64,000 bases of DNA from Bdellovibrio sp. (GCA_016187935.1 JACPIU010000008.1:292086-356085); one strand, 5' to 3'; counted from the stretch's first letter, positions 9,641 to 18,322 are shown. Program-made: numbers and translations. The notes: generated by a model from the sequence alone, not told the origin.

Positions 9641-10597
9641 TTAAACCACCGAACTTAAAAGAGATAAGTCTTGAGTATTCAGCAAATGCTTAATCTTAGG
9701 CCTTAATTTTTCCACAAGCTCCTCAAGGTTTACATAGTATTCAATGTTCCATTGCGCCAGATGAAATTCCGCTTTAGAACCTACAGGGCAAGTTAGAATC
9801 AAATCTGTTCCAATAGCACGGGCAAAACCAAACTCATAATACACATTAGGCCGATTGCCTCCTAAGTCGCAAATAACTAGAAGTGACTTCTCTAGCCACT
9901 TTTCAACTGATGGAGAAATTCTGTCTTTATGGACCAAGGAAGGATTATCAATTTTATCAATGCTTGCCCTACAGTCAGTGGCCAAATCAGAAGCTTTTTT
10001 TATTGCAAGAAATTTTTCATGAGCCATCAATACTTCATCATGATCAGTGTTCCTATTCGGGAAAGCCATCATTACAGCAATATCAGGGATATCATATATC
10101 CTTCTATCTTGAACACTTTTCATAACTATAAAATTGGTCTTTAGATTGTATTCATCTATTTTCCTATCTATTAGACTTTCCAAGGGATCACTAAAGCTGC
10201 AAAAGCTTGATGCGCCAATCGCTACATATCTCTCATTTCGTCCTGTTTTTATAGCGATGTTGTCAATAACCGAGTTGTTCCATTGAACATAGCGCGCTGA
10301 TAATTTTTGCTTCAAATTAATTTTTGTCAAATTCCAAAATAAATTACTATCTCTCCGTCTGGACTCCTTTAGCAGCAAATCTAAATCTTCCAAAGTTAAT
10401 TCAAAAATTTTTCTGAACATTTTCCCAACGATCTCTCCTACTAATTTAGCGTATGAACTTTCTCTAATAATATGTGTCTCTAACTCGTTAATAGCGACAT
10501 CCAGCTCTGCCCTCTTTTGCTCTGTAATTTCAGCTTCTCTATTAAAAAAAATTCTGTCAATTAACTCATTTGTTGCTTTTGAAAAAAAGTCATTCAT
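9641..10597 (-). CDS. protein with a C-terminal NDT/LOG/TIR-like Rossmann domain (candidate effector or sensor)
   Basis: DIAVMMAF strand, then LLVICDLGGNRPNVYYEFGFARAIGTDLIL. This matches the nucleoside 2-deoxyribosyltransferase/TIR-like hallmark (conserved Glu in a YE.G.A..G context). Start overlaps the cyclase stop. Confidence 0.45.
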   Translation of the reverse strand: MNDFFSKATNELIDRIFFNREAEITEQKRAELDVAINELETHIIRESSYAKLVGEIVGKMFRKIFELTLEDLDLLLKESRRRDSNLFWNLTKINLKQKLSARYVQWNNSVIDNIAIKTGRNERYVAIGASSFCSFSDPLESLIDRKIDEYNLKTNFIVMKSVQDRRIYDIPDIAVMMAFPNRNTDHDEVLMAHEKFLAIKKASDLATDCRASIDKIDNPSLVHKDRISPSVEKWLEKSLLVICDLGGNRPNVYYEFGFARAIGTDLILTCPVGSKAEFHLAQWNIEYYVNLEELVEKLRPKIKHLLNTQDLSLLSSVV

Positions 10598-10598
10598 A

Positions 10599-11471
10599 TT
10601 AAGCCTTTTGCAGTAATCTTCTTACTGGATTTAAAACATCGCCATTGAAATTATGACACTTCAATCTGTAGCAGGTAATAAAAGAAACATAGGATTTAAG
10701 CCAGTTGTACTTTGAAAAATAGTTCAGGTCTTTATAAAGGCCAAGAATTATATTTTCGGCAATTTTTTTTACAAGATTTGTGCCGTTAACATTTGCTAAA
10801 CTGCCCACATAATCTACAAAAAGATGTGTATCTCTATCAAAAGGCATATTCATTTCTTCAAGCATTCTCCAGTCAAAAAGGAGCGACGAATAATCGTTCA
10901 TTGATCTTGGTTCAGAAAAATATTCATAGAGCCGACCTCCATTTACCGCCTCAATGAAATCTTGAAGCATCGCGAATTCGCAATACTCTGCAATTTTAGG
11001 ATCAACAATTACTCGTGGATACTTGGCAATTTCACTTTCAAGTCGGTATGCACTAACGAGTGCCGGGCCGGCAATTACATTTTTCGCTTTGTCTATAAAG
11101 ACTTTTCCTTTTGAAACTCCTCCCCTTGTCCAAAAATTATTTAATGCAAGTTGAGCTTGCATCCTTGAAATACTAACAAGAAATTTTTTCAGAGATTTTA
11201 TTTTATTACACTGATTATTTGCGCCATTGAATTCAGCAGCGAGCAGAGGTGCTGTGATGATTATAGAATCACTAATTACAAAAAAATTTATGTCGTCTTC
11301 TCCATCAACTAAGTCCAAGACATCTAGGAATCCCAGGACTGTAGAAAAATAAAAACTCAAATCATCCTCGGATTTTTCTCCAAAAACTTTTTCTTTAAAA
11401 CCTAGAACATCAATAAAGGCAACATAGCATTCCTCATAATCAACATTCACCCTATAGTTTTTTTCTCTCAC
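10599..11471 (-). CDS. class III nucleotidyl cyclase homology domain protein (Pycsar PycC-like or novel cyclase)
   Basis: YVAFIDVLGFKE (metal Asp1, like FADIVGFT). FFVISDSIII (Asp2, like KTIGDAYM). RGGVSKGKVF...AGPALVSAYRLESE (like GDTVNTAARMES). Confidence 0.55.
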   Translation of the reverse strand: MREKNYRVNVDYEECYVAFIDVLGFKEKVFGEKSEDDLSFYFSTVLGFLDVLDLVDGEDDINFFVISDSIIITAPLLAAEFNGANNQCNKIKSLKKFLVSISRMQAQLALNNFWTRGGVSKGKVFIDKAKNVIAGPALVSAYRLESEIAKYPRVIVDPKIAEYCEFAMLQDFIEAVNGGRLYEYFSEPRSMNDYSSLLFDWRMLEEMNMPFDRDTHLFVDYVGSLANVNGTNLVKKIAENIILGLYKDLNYFSKYNWLKSYVSFITCYRLKCHNFNGDVLNPVRRLLQKA

Positions 11472-11572
11472 CTAAATCTCCAAGTCAAAATTAATCGGCC
11501 CAATTCAGTAAGACAAATTTTGCGAGATTTAAGTAGCTCGCAAGTGAAAAGAGGTAAAAAAGATACATGATC

Positions 11573-13387
11573 TTAAAGCTTTCCAAACTGTTTAAAGATT
11601 TCACGAATCTCCTGGAATATGTCTGGAGTCACAGTTGGTGCAGCTTTGATATATAAGCGCTTGAGTGTGGCAACATCAATTGGCGTCTTCGAAGCAAATT
11701 TTTTTAATATCGGCTTGCCAGGAATCTGTTTTTGCCATTCATCGGAATCATAAATTATGAAATTCGAAAGTCTTGCAAAGTCGGTACGTACAAGTTCTCG
11801 GACTATATTAGTATCGAGAGTACTACTAATTCTTTTTACTTCTGAATCCCGTTGTACATCAAAAAGAGACTCAAGCTTTGCTACATCAACACAGTGACAT
11901 TCCTGAGGCATCAAATCTGCATTGCCTGTGGCATTACGTAGTCGATGTGCGACGTGTAATGCAACGGCATAGGATAGAAAATCTTTAGCAATCGTCAGGA
12001 GTTCTGCTCTGATTTTGACCGGATCACACAACCACGATCCTTTCGGTTCATCTAGTTGCTCGAACACACGCGCGATCACGTTTTCGTTCAAAAAGTAATT
12101 TTCAACATGATAACGGGGAAGAATTTTAAGGCGCCCCCCTGTTTTGTCACCGGACGTACTGGTCATGCAGTCACCATCACAGAGCATGAAGAAGTCTACC
12201 CCCCATACTGTTTTGTTAAGGACTGTTTCAAATGCCTTCACAAACGAATGAATACTTTCTTTGCCTCCTGTTGGCACAAGCACGAATTCAGGGTGCTCTG
12301 ATCCAACAATGCTGCCATACGTTTGTTTATCTAGGCTCGATGAAATTCCCTCGATGAGCACTATTTTCTTCCCAAGTGAGATCACACCTATGGATTGACC
12401 GATCAAATGTAGCACTTTCGATGCTTCGTCATCTTCTCTAAGCTGTACTGCCTGGTTTGGCCTTCCTGTGTTTGGAGGAGCCACAAAAACTACCGATTGA
12501 TCAAGTGAGGCAGTGATAATGTCAGGGGAATGCGTAGAGAGAATAAACTGATTCCTCTCACCAATATCACGCAATGTACGTAAAAGTCGGTATGACAACT
12601 CTGGGTGAAGATGAAGCTCCGGCTCGTCGAAAATAATAATACAGTCCTTCGGATCACGGAGTAAAAAATCGAACACAATAGAAACTACCTCGCGTTCGCC
12701 GGAACTCAACGAGGTTAGTGGGAGAACAGTACCATTGGTCTTAAATGAGACTGTCTGCGATCGTTCATTCAGCTTTTCGAGTGTCTTACCAGGCAGTAGT
12801 TTTGTAAATGCATCTTCAAATTTTTCTAGTGGATATTGAAAATCGAGAGGCATTGACTTTTCGCCTGACTCTTTCAAGAGAAGTGCGCGTTTAGATATTT
12901 CTTCTTTCTGGCTTCTAACTTTTCTATACAACGAATGAATGGTGTCCTGAAACCGGCCTCTCAAAGGTTGATATACTGTATTCCAGCCTATGTTCTCCTG
13001 TAGGGGATCAGCCGACTCCCAATTAAAGTTGTATGGCTGTACTTGTTCGAGTTGGCGAGCCGAGTCAAAATTAAGCACACTGCTTCTAAGCTGGCCCCGC
13101 TTCTGTTGGCGTTGCAAGAAAGCACGGAGTTTCGCTGCTTCTGCCGGAATCGAGGTTTGCAACGTATGCTGTCCCCAGGCTGCCACCTCTTCCTGATTCG
13201 TAGCACGTACTTTTGCAATAATACTCGGAAGGCCACCAGGATTTTGAAACAGGTTTAATAACTGCACCATGAGGGTCGTCTTACCTACACCATTAGGACC
13301 AGCAAGAACAACCGTCTCAAAAAGTCCCTCGACGGAAAATGCTTCAATAGGTTTGGCACCTTTGACTGAGTAGGATTCAAGCTTCAT
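11573..13387 (-). CDS. OLD-family ATPase-TOPRIM nuclease (class 1 OLD-like)
   Basis: Walker A GPNGVGKTT. LSSGEREVV signature. IIIFDEPELHLHPEL Walker B. STHSPDII H-loop. C-terminal IVLIEGISSSLD ... CDGD TOPRIM/DUF4435-like Glu and DxD. 604 aa, matching P2 Old size. Confidence 0.7.
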   Translation of the reverse strand: MKLESYSVKGAKPIEAFSVEGLFETVVLAGPNGVGKTTLMVQLLNLFQNPGGLPSIIAKVRATNQEEVAAWGQHTLQTSIPAEAAKLRAFLQRQQKRGQLRSSVLNFDSARQLEQVQPYNFNWESADPLQENIGWNTVYQPLRGRFQDTIHSLYRKVRSQKEEISKRALLLKESGEKSMPLDFQYPLEKFEDAFTKLLPGKTLEKLNERSQTVSFKTNGTVLPLTSLSSGEREVVSIVFDFLLRDPKDCIIIFDEPELHLHPELSYRLLRTLRDIGERNQFILSTHSPDIITASLDQSVVFVAPPNTGRPNQAVQLREDDEASKVLHLIGQSIGVISLGKKIVLIEGISSSLDKQTYGSIVGSEHPEFVLVPTGGKESIHSFVKAFETVLNKTVWGVDFFMLCDGDCMTSTSGDKTGGRLKILPRYHVENYFLNENVIARVFEQLDEPKGSWLCDPVKIRAELLTIAKDFLSYAVALHVAHRLRNATGNADLMPQECHCVDVAKLESLFDVQRDSEVKRISSTLDTNIVRELVRTDFARLSNFIIYDSDEWQKQIPGKPILKKFASKTPIDVATLKRLYIKAAPTVTPDIFQEIREIFKQFGKL

Positions 13388-13606
13388 GATGCATCCTTGT
13401 GACCTTGCGGGGGATGTATAACTATTTTTGTGAGCAAATGTTAGTTAAAAAAATTAACATCCGTCAATCACTTTTCTATACAGAATAATTACGTTTATAA
13501 TATTAAAAGCTGACGAACTACAAGCCCACAAGTTAAATATGGATTTCAATCCGCAAAATAAAAAAAACAAGATGCTAGAACTTCACCCCTAGCTGAAGGA
13601 GTATAC

Positions 13607-14245
13607 ATGGATGATATTCAAAAGATAGCAATTGGTTGGTTTTTTGGTATCGTATCTACCCCTCTCATCGCAATCATTAATAATCATTTTAAAAGAGAAA
13701 GTTTACAAAAAGTTCTAATTCCTGAATTTTTCGATATTCAAATACAAACAATGTTAATTTCGTTTCACCTCTCTTTTAAAACTCAGAATTTTACGCAACC
13801 TTTTCTTGATAATATAAAAAGACGATTGCCAGCAATCCTTAATCACCCATTGGCAAAACTCTCAGGGTTAGAGCACAAGACCAGAATTTTATTAGATGAA
13901 AGTATGCAGCTTAATGATTTTCTGGAGCTTAATAACAATAATAAAACATCAGTCATTGCCCCTCTAGAGGTTGCATATCTCTCCTCGGCAATTAATGATA
14001 TTCATTTGCTAACCACAAATCAGCAGGTGATTATTTTAGCTCTCAAGAAACATTTCTCCCACATAAATTCACTAATTTCCCAGCATAACATGTGGCTTAA
14101 AATGACTTTTGAAATCAGTGATGCAAACAACCATGAGGCATGCAAAGAAAATCTTCAATCCTGCATGCAATTTATATTTCAACAATCCAAAATCATTGAT
14201 GAATTAACACAAAATTATTTAAAAGAGCCGAACAAGTTTGAATAG
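13607..14245 (+). CDS. hypothetical protein with an N-terminal TM segment
   Basis: Intact 212 aa ORF. No motif recognised. Confidence 0.4.
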   Translation: MDDIQKIAIGWFFGIVSTPLIAIINNHFKRESLQKVLIPEFFDIQIQTMLISFHLSFKTQNFTQPFLDNIKRRLPAILNHPLAKLSGLEHKTRILLDESMQLNDFLELNNNNKTSVIAPLEVAYLSSAINDIHLLTTNQQVIILALKKHFSHINSLISQHNMWLKMTFEISDANNHEACKENLQSCMQFIFQQSKIIDELTQNYLKEPNKFE

Positions 14246-14473
14246 TTTTATTCTGGTTATTTGGTTAATCTACATATTCTATTCATGCAATGAAGTAGGT
14301 TGCATCCCGCTCGCCCCCGCCCATGAAATACGATGCAAAAATAAACTCAGATAACATTTGAAAAAGATAAGCTGCTAAAACCCTTACTGAGCCACACACA
14401 GCAACATTTAGGTCAATGAGTTTTTAGTGTTCACAAAAAGATTTCTCATTTTCTAACCGACAAGGGCAACAAC

Positions 14474-14764
14474 CTAGGCCACATCTCGAATATTCAACTC
14501 CACCGAAAGACTTAAGGCAGAGGCCAGACGAATTAATCGTTCAATGGAAACACTTTGAAGACTGCCGTTCACAATTCCAGACACCACCGTCCTTGAGAGT
14601 CCAGAGGCTTCTGCAAGTTCGGCACAGGTTAGCTCTCTCACCTCTGTCTCCTTAATGATCCGTTTTTTGAGTGTCGTCTTCATCTTCGAGATCAGTACCC
14701 TATCCGATGTGACCCCCAGGTCCTTCCCAAATTCCTCAATGGTCTTATAGCGTTTCATTTTCAT
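14474..14764 (-). CDS. higA: HigA-family XRE HTH antitoxin
   Basis: LTCAELAEASGLSRTVVSGIVNG helix-turn-helix. Overlaps the toxin stop. Confidence 0.75.
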   Translation of the reverse strand: MKMKRYKTIEEFGKDLGVTSDRVLISKMKTTLKKRIIKETEVRELTCAELAEASGLSRTVVSGIVNGSLQSVSIERLIRLASALSLSVELNIRDVA

Positions 14765-15078
14765 TCCAACCTCTTTATTCTCTGAATAGACACCTCAATG
14801 TCTTTCTTGGATGTCTGATTTGTTTTCTTCTGGAAACCGTGGACAAGATAAATGGCGCCCCCTTTTTTTATAAAGTAGATGACCCGATAAACGCCAGACC
14901 GCTCCCTAAAGCGAAGTTCAAACACACCTGGGCCCATACCTTCCATCTTTTTTGAGAAAGGCATGCTCAAAGTTATGCCGGCCTTAAGATCGGCGATAGC
15001 ATCCACCAATTCCTCTTTGACCTTCAAAGGAAACTCACTTATTTCCCTTGCGCACTGAGGCAATACAACCACATCCAC
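14761..15078 (-). CDS. higB: HigB/Gp49-like RelE/ParE-superfamily toxin
   Basis: GPGVFELRF...YRVIYF...IYLVHGFQKKT is the Gp49/HigB hallmark. GTG start preceded by AAGGAG. Confidence 0.75.
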   Translation of the reverse strand: MDVVVLPQCAREISEFPLKVKEELVDAIADLKAGITLSMPFSKKMEGMGPGVFELRFRERSGVYRVIYFIKKGGAIYLVHGFQKKTNQTSKKDIEVSIQRIKRLE

Positions 15079-15094
15079 ATCAGTCTCCTTGTTT

Positions 15095-15120
15095 TAGATT
15101 GTCGCATTTTTGTGACAAAA
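15095..15120 (-). promoter_or_regulatory. imperfect palindrome TTGTCGCAtttttGTGACAA upstream of higBA (candidate HigA operator)
   Basis: Inverted repeat directly 5' of the GTG start. A related copy TTGTCTCAttttcGTGACAA lies upstream of the decayed higBA at 28456-28475. Confidence 0.45.
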
Positions 15121-15133
15121 ACTCAACCCTGTC

Positions 15134-15300
15134 TGAAATCTGTTCCGGTTTGTTCCGGTCGGCACATGAAACACCATGAAATTGGATGAAAGAAGATGAA
15201 AATCAAAAAGGGTCAAGCTCGCTTAATCATTCGTAATTAATTGATATTAAAGACTAAATTTTTGAGCCCCGAAGTGCCCCCTTGGGAGTACCAGTTTATA
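15134..15300. repeat. TA-upstream repeat family, copy A (phased CATGAAA iterons)
   Basis: About 85 % identical to 18367-18530 and 28507-28587. Contains CATGAAAcaCCATGAAAttggATGAAAgaagATGAAA. Confidence 0.85.
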
Positions 15301-15303
15301 GAT

Positions 15304-15338
15304 GAGGCCATTTGAGACAACAAATCAAATGGCCTTTT
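15304..15338. terminator. hairpin plus T-run
   Basis: GAGGCCATTTGAGACAACAAATCAAATGGCCTTTTCATTTT. Confidence 0.5.
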
Positions 15339-15726
15339 CATTTTAAATCGTACAGTTACGCCATCCAAGAATTAATTTTAACTTATAGGTTTGATAAATT
15401 GGGAAGCGACACCCCGAAAAGGAAATTCCCGTAGAATTAAAGGTAAGTTTAAACCACTGAAAATAAAGCTCTTGCATGTTTTCGCACGAATCGTTGCCGT
15501 ACCCCAAAACCCTTCGCACAGGCAGGGGCTTCGGATTCTTGAAGTTCCAACTTCCCCAACATAGGGTAGCCGATAACCATGTTCTCACAAACATTCCTTT
15601 TTGTATGTCCTCAATCATGACGTATTGAAAGGTGGAAGTCCAAAACTTATCCAATTCAATCTTCGGAAATAGTTTTCGCACACTTCCTGCACAAGAGGTG
15701 ACAAAGACCACACACATCCTGTAAAT

Positions 15727-16293
15727 ATGTTCCCACAAATGAAAAAGCCAACGCTCTATATTTTCTCCGGCCTTCCCGCCTCTGGAAAATCAACCATAGC
15801 GCAGGAATTGGCCAAGCATACTCATGCAACTTTTATCAGAATAGATACTCTCGAGCAGGGACTTCGTGACCTTTGCAATTATAATCAGTTAGAGGGAGAG
15901 GGTTATCGTCTTTCTTATCGTGTTGTTGCAGACAATCTAAAACTTGGGAACGATGTCATCGCCGATTCTTGCAACCCATGGGAACTAACGAGGCGAGAGT
16001 GGAATGAGGTTGCAACTTCTGTAGGTGCAAATTTTGTGAATATCGAAGTTCTCTGTTCAGACCCAAAAGAACACAAGCATCGGGTAGAGAACCGTCAGGT
16101 GGGAATTGCAACATTGAAACTTCCCACCTGGGAGGAAGTTCTTAATCGTGACTATCAACAATGGTCTATGCCTCGTATTGTTTTAGATACGGCAGGGAAA
16201 GATCTTAAATTAAGTCTTAAGGAATTGTTGTTGGCCCTACCCTTGAATCTTTCTCCTTCTTTATTAGCCGGAACAACCATCTTAAGCGAGTAA
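15727..16293 (+). CDS. P-loop kinase, AAA_33/zeta-toxin-like NTPase
   Basis: Walker A GLPASGKST. 188 aa. Confidence 0.6.
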   Translation: MFPQMKKPTLYIFSGLPASGKSTIAQELAKHTHATFIRIDTLEQGLRDLCNYNQLEGEGYRLSYRVVADNLKLGNDVIADSCNPWELTRREWNEVATSVGANFVNIEVLCSDPKEHKHRVENRQVGIATLKLPTWEEVLNRDYQQWSMPRIVLDTAGKDLKLSLKELLLALPLNLSPSLLAGTTILSE

Positions 16294-16308
16294 GGAGTAA
16301 GAAGTGCC

Positions 16309-16677
16309 ATGTATTCGATGCATGGTGGCGAGTACATGGCACCAGATGCAAAAAAAAAGAAAACAAAAGGTCTTGGCATGAGAAATAGGTTTCCCGGCCC
16401 CTTTCTGTCTGCCGCCACTGAGTCGCGTCTGGGTGACGATGAGCTGCTGGCCATTGGCTATCCCAGTGACTCTCATGGAGTTCCCGTGATCACCATTGAT
16501 TGCGGCAAACCAAGTTTTATCGCTCACCATGATTTAAGTTCCAGATGCCCGGTTCTTGGAGGCATGTCCGGTGGCCCGGTCCTGTCTGAGGCCGGAGGGC
16601 AAGTCGGAATCGTTTCCTTATCCGCACCTGAGGAGAATGATCGACTGACTTTTCCCTCTTTCTTTTCCGCGGATTAA
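16309..16677 (+). pseudogene. C-terminal fragment of a trypsin-like (S1) serine peptidase
   Basis: GMSGGPVL (GDSGGP-like serine motif) and GIVS. Only 122 aa and lacks the His/Asp half. Confidence 0.45.
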
Positions 16678-16738
16678 TCAGAAAACTCAAACGGTGCAGA
16701 TGTCGACGGTTCTTTTTTGACTGACAACCAAGATTTAA

Positions 16739-17323
16739 GTGAAGATAGACATCATGATCTATTTTGAAAATGAAAAATATTATCCCAAAAATATTTCGGC
16801 CCTGACCTGGAGCGAAGAAGAATTTTGCAACTGTGAATTTCACAATTTAGATTTGCATGGTTTGATGTTCAAAAATTGCAAATTTTTTGAATGCCAGTTT
16901 CATCAATGCAATCTTTCCAACCTTAGTGTTAATTATTCTACCTTTCGCGACATTTTCTTCTTTCAAACCAAAGCAGTGGGAGTCAATTGGACTTTCGCTA
17001 AATCAATATCGGACGTGAAATTTGATCAGTCTATTCTCGACTACAGCGTTTTTTTAGGTCTGGATCTCAAGGCCTCCGTCTTCACCAAGTCGTCTTTGAA
17101 AAAAGTAGATTTTTCTGCATGTAATTTAAAAGGCTCTGATTACAGGGAAAGTGATTTGCTCGAGTCTTCCTTCAATAACAGTAATCTTGAAATATCGGAT
17201 TTTAGAGATGCAAAAAATTATTGGATTGATATTTCATGCACAAAATTGGCGAAGGCCAAATTTAGTTTCCCTGATGCCATCGCTCTTTTGAAAGTATTAA
17301 ATATTCAGGTTGAAGGATTTTGA
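16739..17323 (+). CDS. pentapeptide-repeat protein (Qnr/McbG-like)
   Basis: Tandem A(D/N)LxX-type pentapeptides (CNLSNLSVNYSTFRD..., ACNLKGSDYRESDLLESSFNNSNLE). Confidence 0.65.
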   Translation: MKIDIMIYFENEKYYPKNISALTWSEEEFCNCEFHNLDLHGLMFKNCKFFECQFHQCNLSNLSVNYSTFRDIFFFQTKAVGVNWTFAKSISDVKFDQSILDYSVFLGLDLKASVFTKSSLKKVDFSACNLKGSDYRESDLLESSFNNSNLEISDFRDAKNYWIDISCTKLAKAKFSFPDAIALLKVLNIQVEGF

Positions 17324-17571
17324 TCAAGAATAAGGACCTCGCCAGTCTTTAACTTTTTGAGATCCCCGTCGCGAGAAATATTCCTAGAAACGATCGGACA
17401 TATCTTTGTATTCCCGGTAGCTTAACCTTGTGGCCTTGGCCTGCTTCCCACGCAAAATTTTCTTGATGCGTTTTTGCGGCAGATAAGGGCCATGCTCCTT
17501 GTTCTTACAAGAAAGACCGACTCAATTTTTGAGACAGAAGAGTATGTCACTATGCTCATATTCTACTTCTC

Positions 17572-17720
17572 AGACGTAAAGCGACCTTCTGTACTGATCA
17601 ATCAACCGACCAACAATTTCTTTCTCTTTACTCTCTAACTCCTTTCTCATCTGCGCAATTTCAAAATCAGTAACTACATCTTCAAACGACGGAGTCTTGA
17701 CTAAAACAATATTTTGCATA
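17572..17720 (-). pseudogene. duplicated 3' fragment of the M48 peptidase gene (28745-30052)
   Basis: About 80 % nucleotide identity to 28748-28880. Encodes ...DFEIAQMRKELESKEK..RLIDQYRRSLY only. Confidence 0.7.
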
Positions 17721-17753
17721 AAACTCTATTATTCAAATTCTTTATTTCAATAA

Positions 17754-17996
17754 TTACGCCGTCTTCTTAAGTCGATCCAATCCATCCAAAATAAACACCC
17801 GAATGAGAACTTGATAAGGAATCCCCTGCACTTCGGCCATCGCTTTTAATTCTTGAATTGTCGTTTCATCTAAAGCCACACTTGTCGGTTTCTTCGGTGC
17901 ATCTTTAAAACGTTTCATTGCGGCGAGAATTTTCTTTGAATCTAACTCTACTGGAGCTTCATATTCTTTCAAAGATTTTGCGTGAGATTTCTTCAT
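17754..17996 (-). CDS. brnA: BrnA-family antitoxin
   Basis: Downstream partner of BrnT. C-terminal IPYQVLIRVFILDGLDRLKK is BrnA-like. Confidence 0.6.
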   Translation of the reverse strand: MKKSHAKSLKEYEAPVELDSKKILAAMKRFKDAPKKPTSVALDETTIQELKAMAEVQGIPYQVLIRVFILDGLDRLKKTA

Positions 17997-18315
17997 ACTG
18001 TTTCCTCTCTTTTTTATGTGCCGGACGGGCGCTAATAACTCGGACGCGCCCACTTCTTAAAACAAAAGCAATCTGTAAAAGCTGGCCACTAATACTTGGG
18101 CCGATTAAGCCGAGCCTTTGCTCATTGGCCAATGGACTGATTTGGATTCCTAAAGGCAGGGCCATTCCTGAACGAAAAACTGCTTCGACTTCTTCAATTT
18201 CAATCCCATGCTTCCTAGCATTTTTTGTCAGATTGCCTTCATCCCACTCAAACTCGAAGTGCGAGGTTTCTAAAATCCAAAATAACAGCCATTCAACAAA
18301 TTCCCACTGTGCCAT
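17959..18315 (-). CDS. brnT: BrnT-family ribonuclease toxin
   Basis: FEWDEGNLTKNARKHGI hallmark and VISARPAHKKERKQYEE. Confidence 0.75.
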   Translation of the reverse strand: MAQWEFVEWLLFWILETSHFEFEWDEGNLTKNARKHGIEIEEVEAVFRSGMALPLGIQISPLANEQRLGLIGPSISGQLLQIAFVLRSGRVRVISARPAHKKERKQYEEISRKIFERI

Positions 18316-18322
18316 AAGACAC

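Noticed and set aside
11573-13387. Gabija GajA or fused PARIS AriAB
   Set aside because: No UvrD-like GajB neighbour. The 604 aa size matches class-1 OLD rather than a fused AriA-AriB of about 750 aa or more. The call is therefore OLD-like, pending profile searches.
15134-15300. Integron attC sites between TA cassettes
   Set aside because: The repeat copies lack the imperfect-palindrome architecture and the RYYYAAC/GTTRRRY terminal cores of attC. No intI is present in the window. They are kept only as a repeat or iteron family.
15343-15738. 131 aa ORF between repeat copy A and the P-loop kinase
   Set aside because: Trp/Cys-rich with odd composition and no ribosome-binding site. It overlaps the kinase start. 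It is probably non-coding promoter region.
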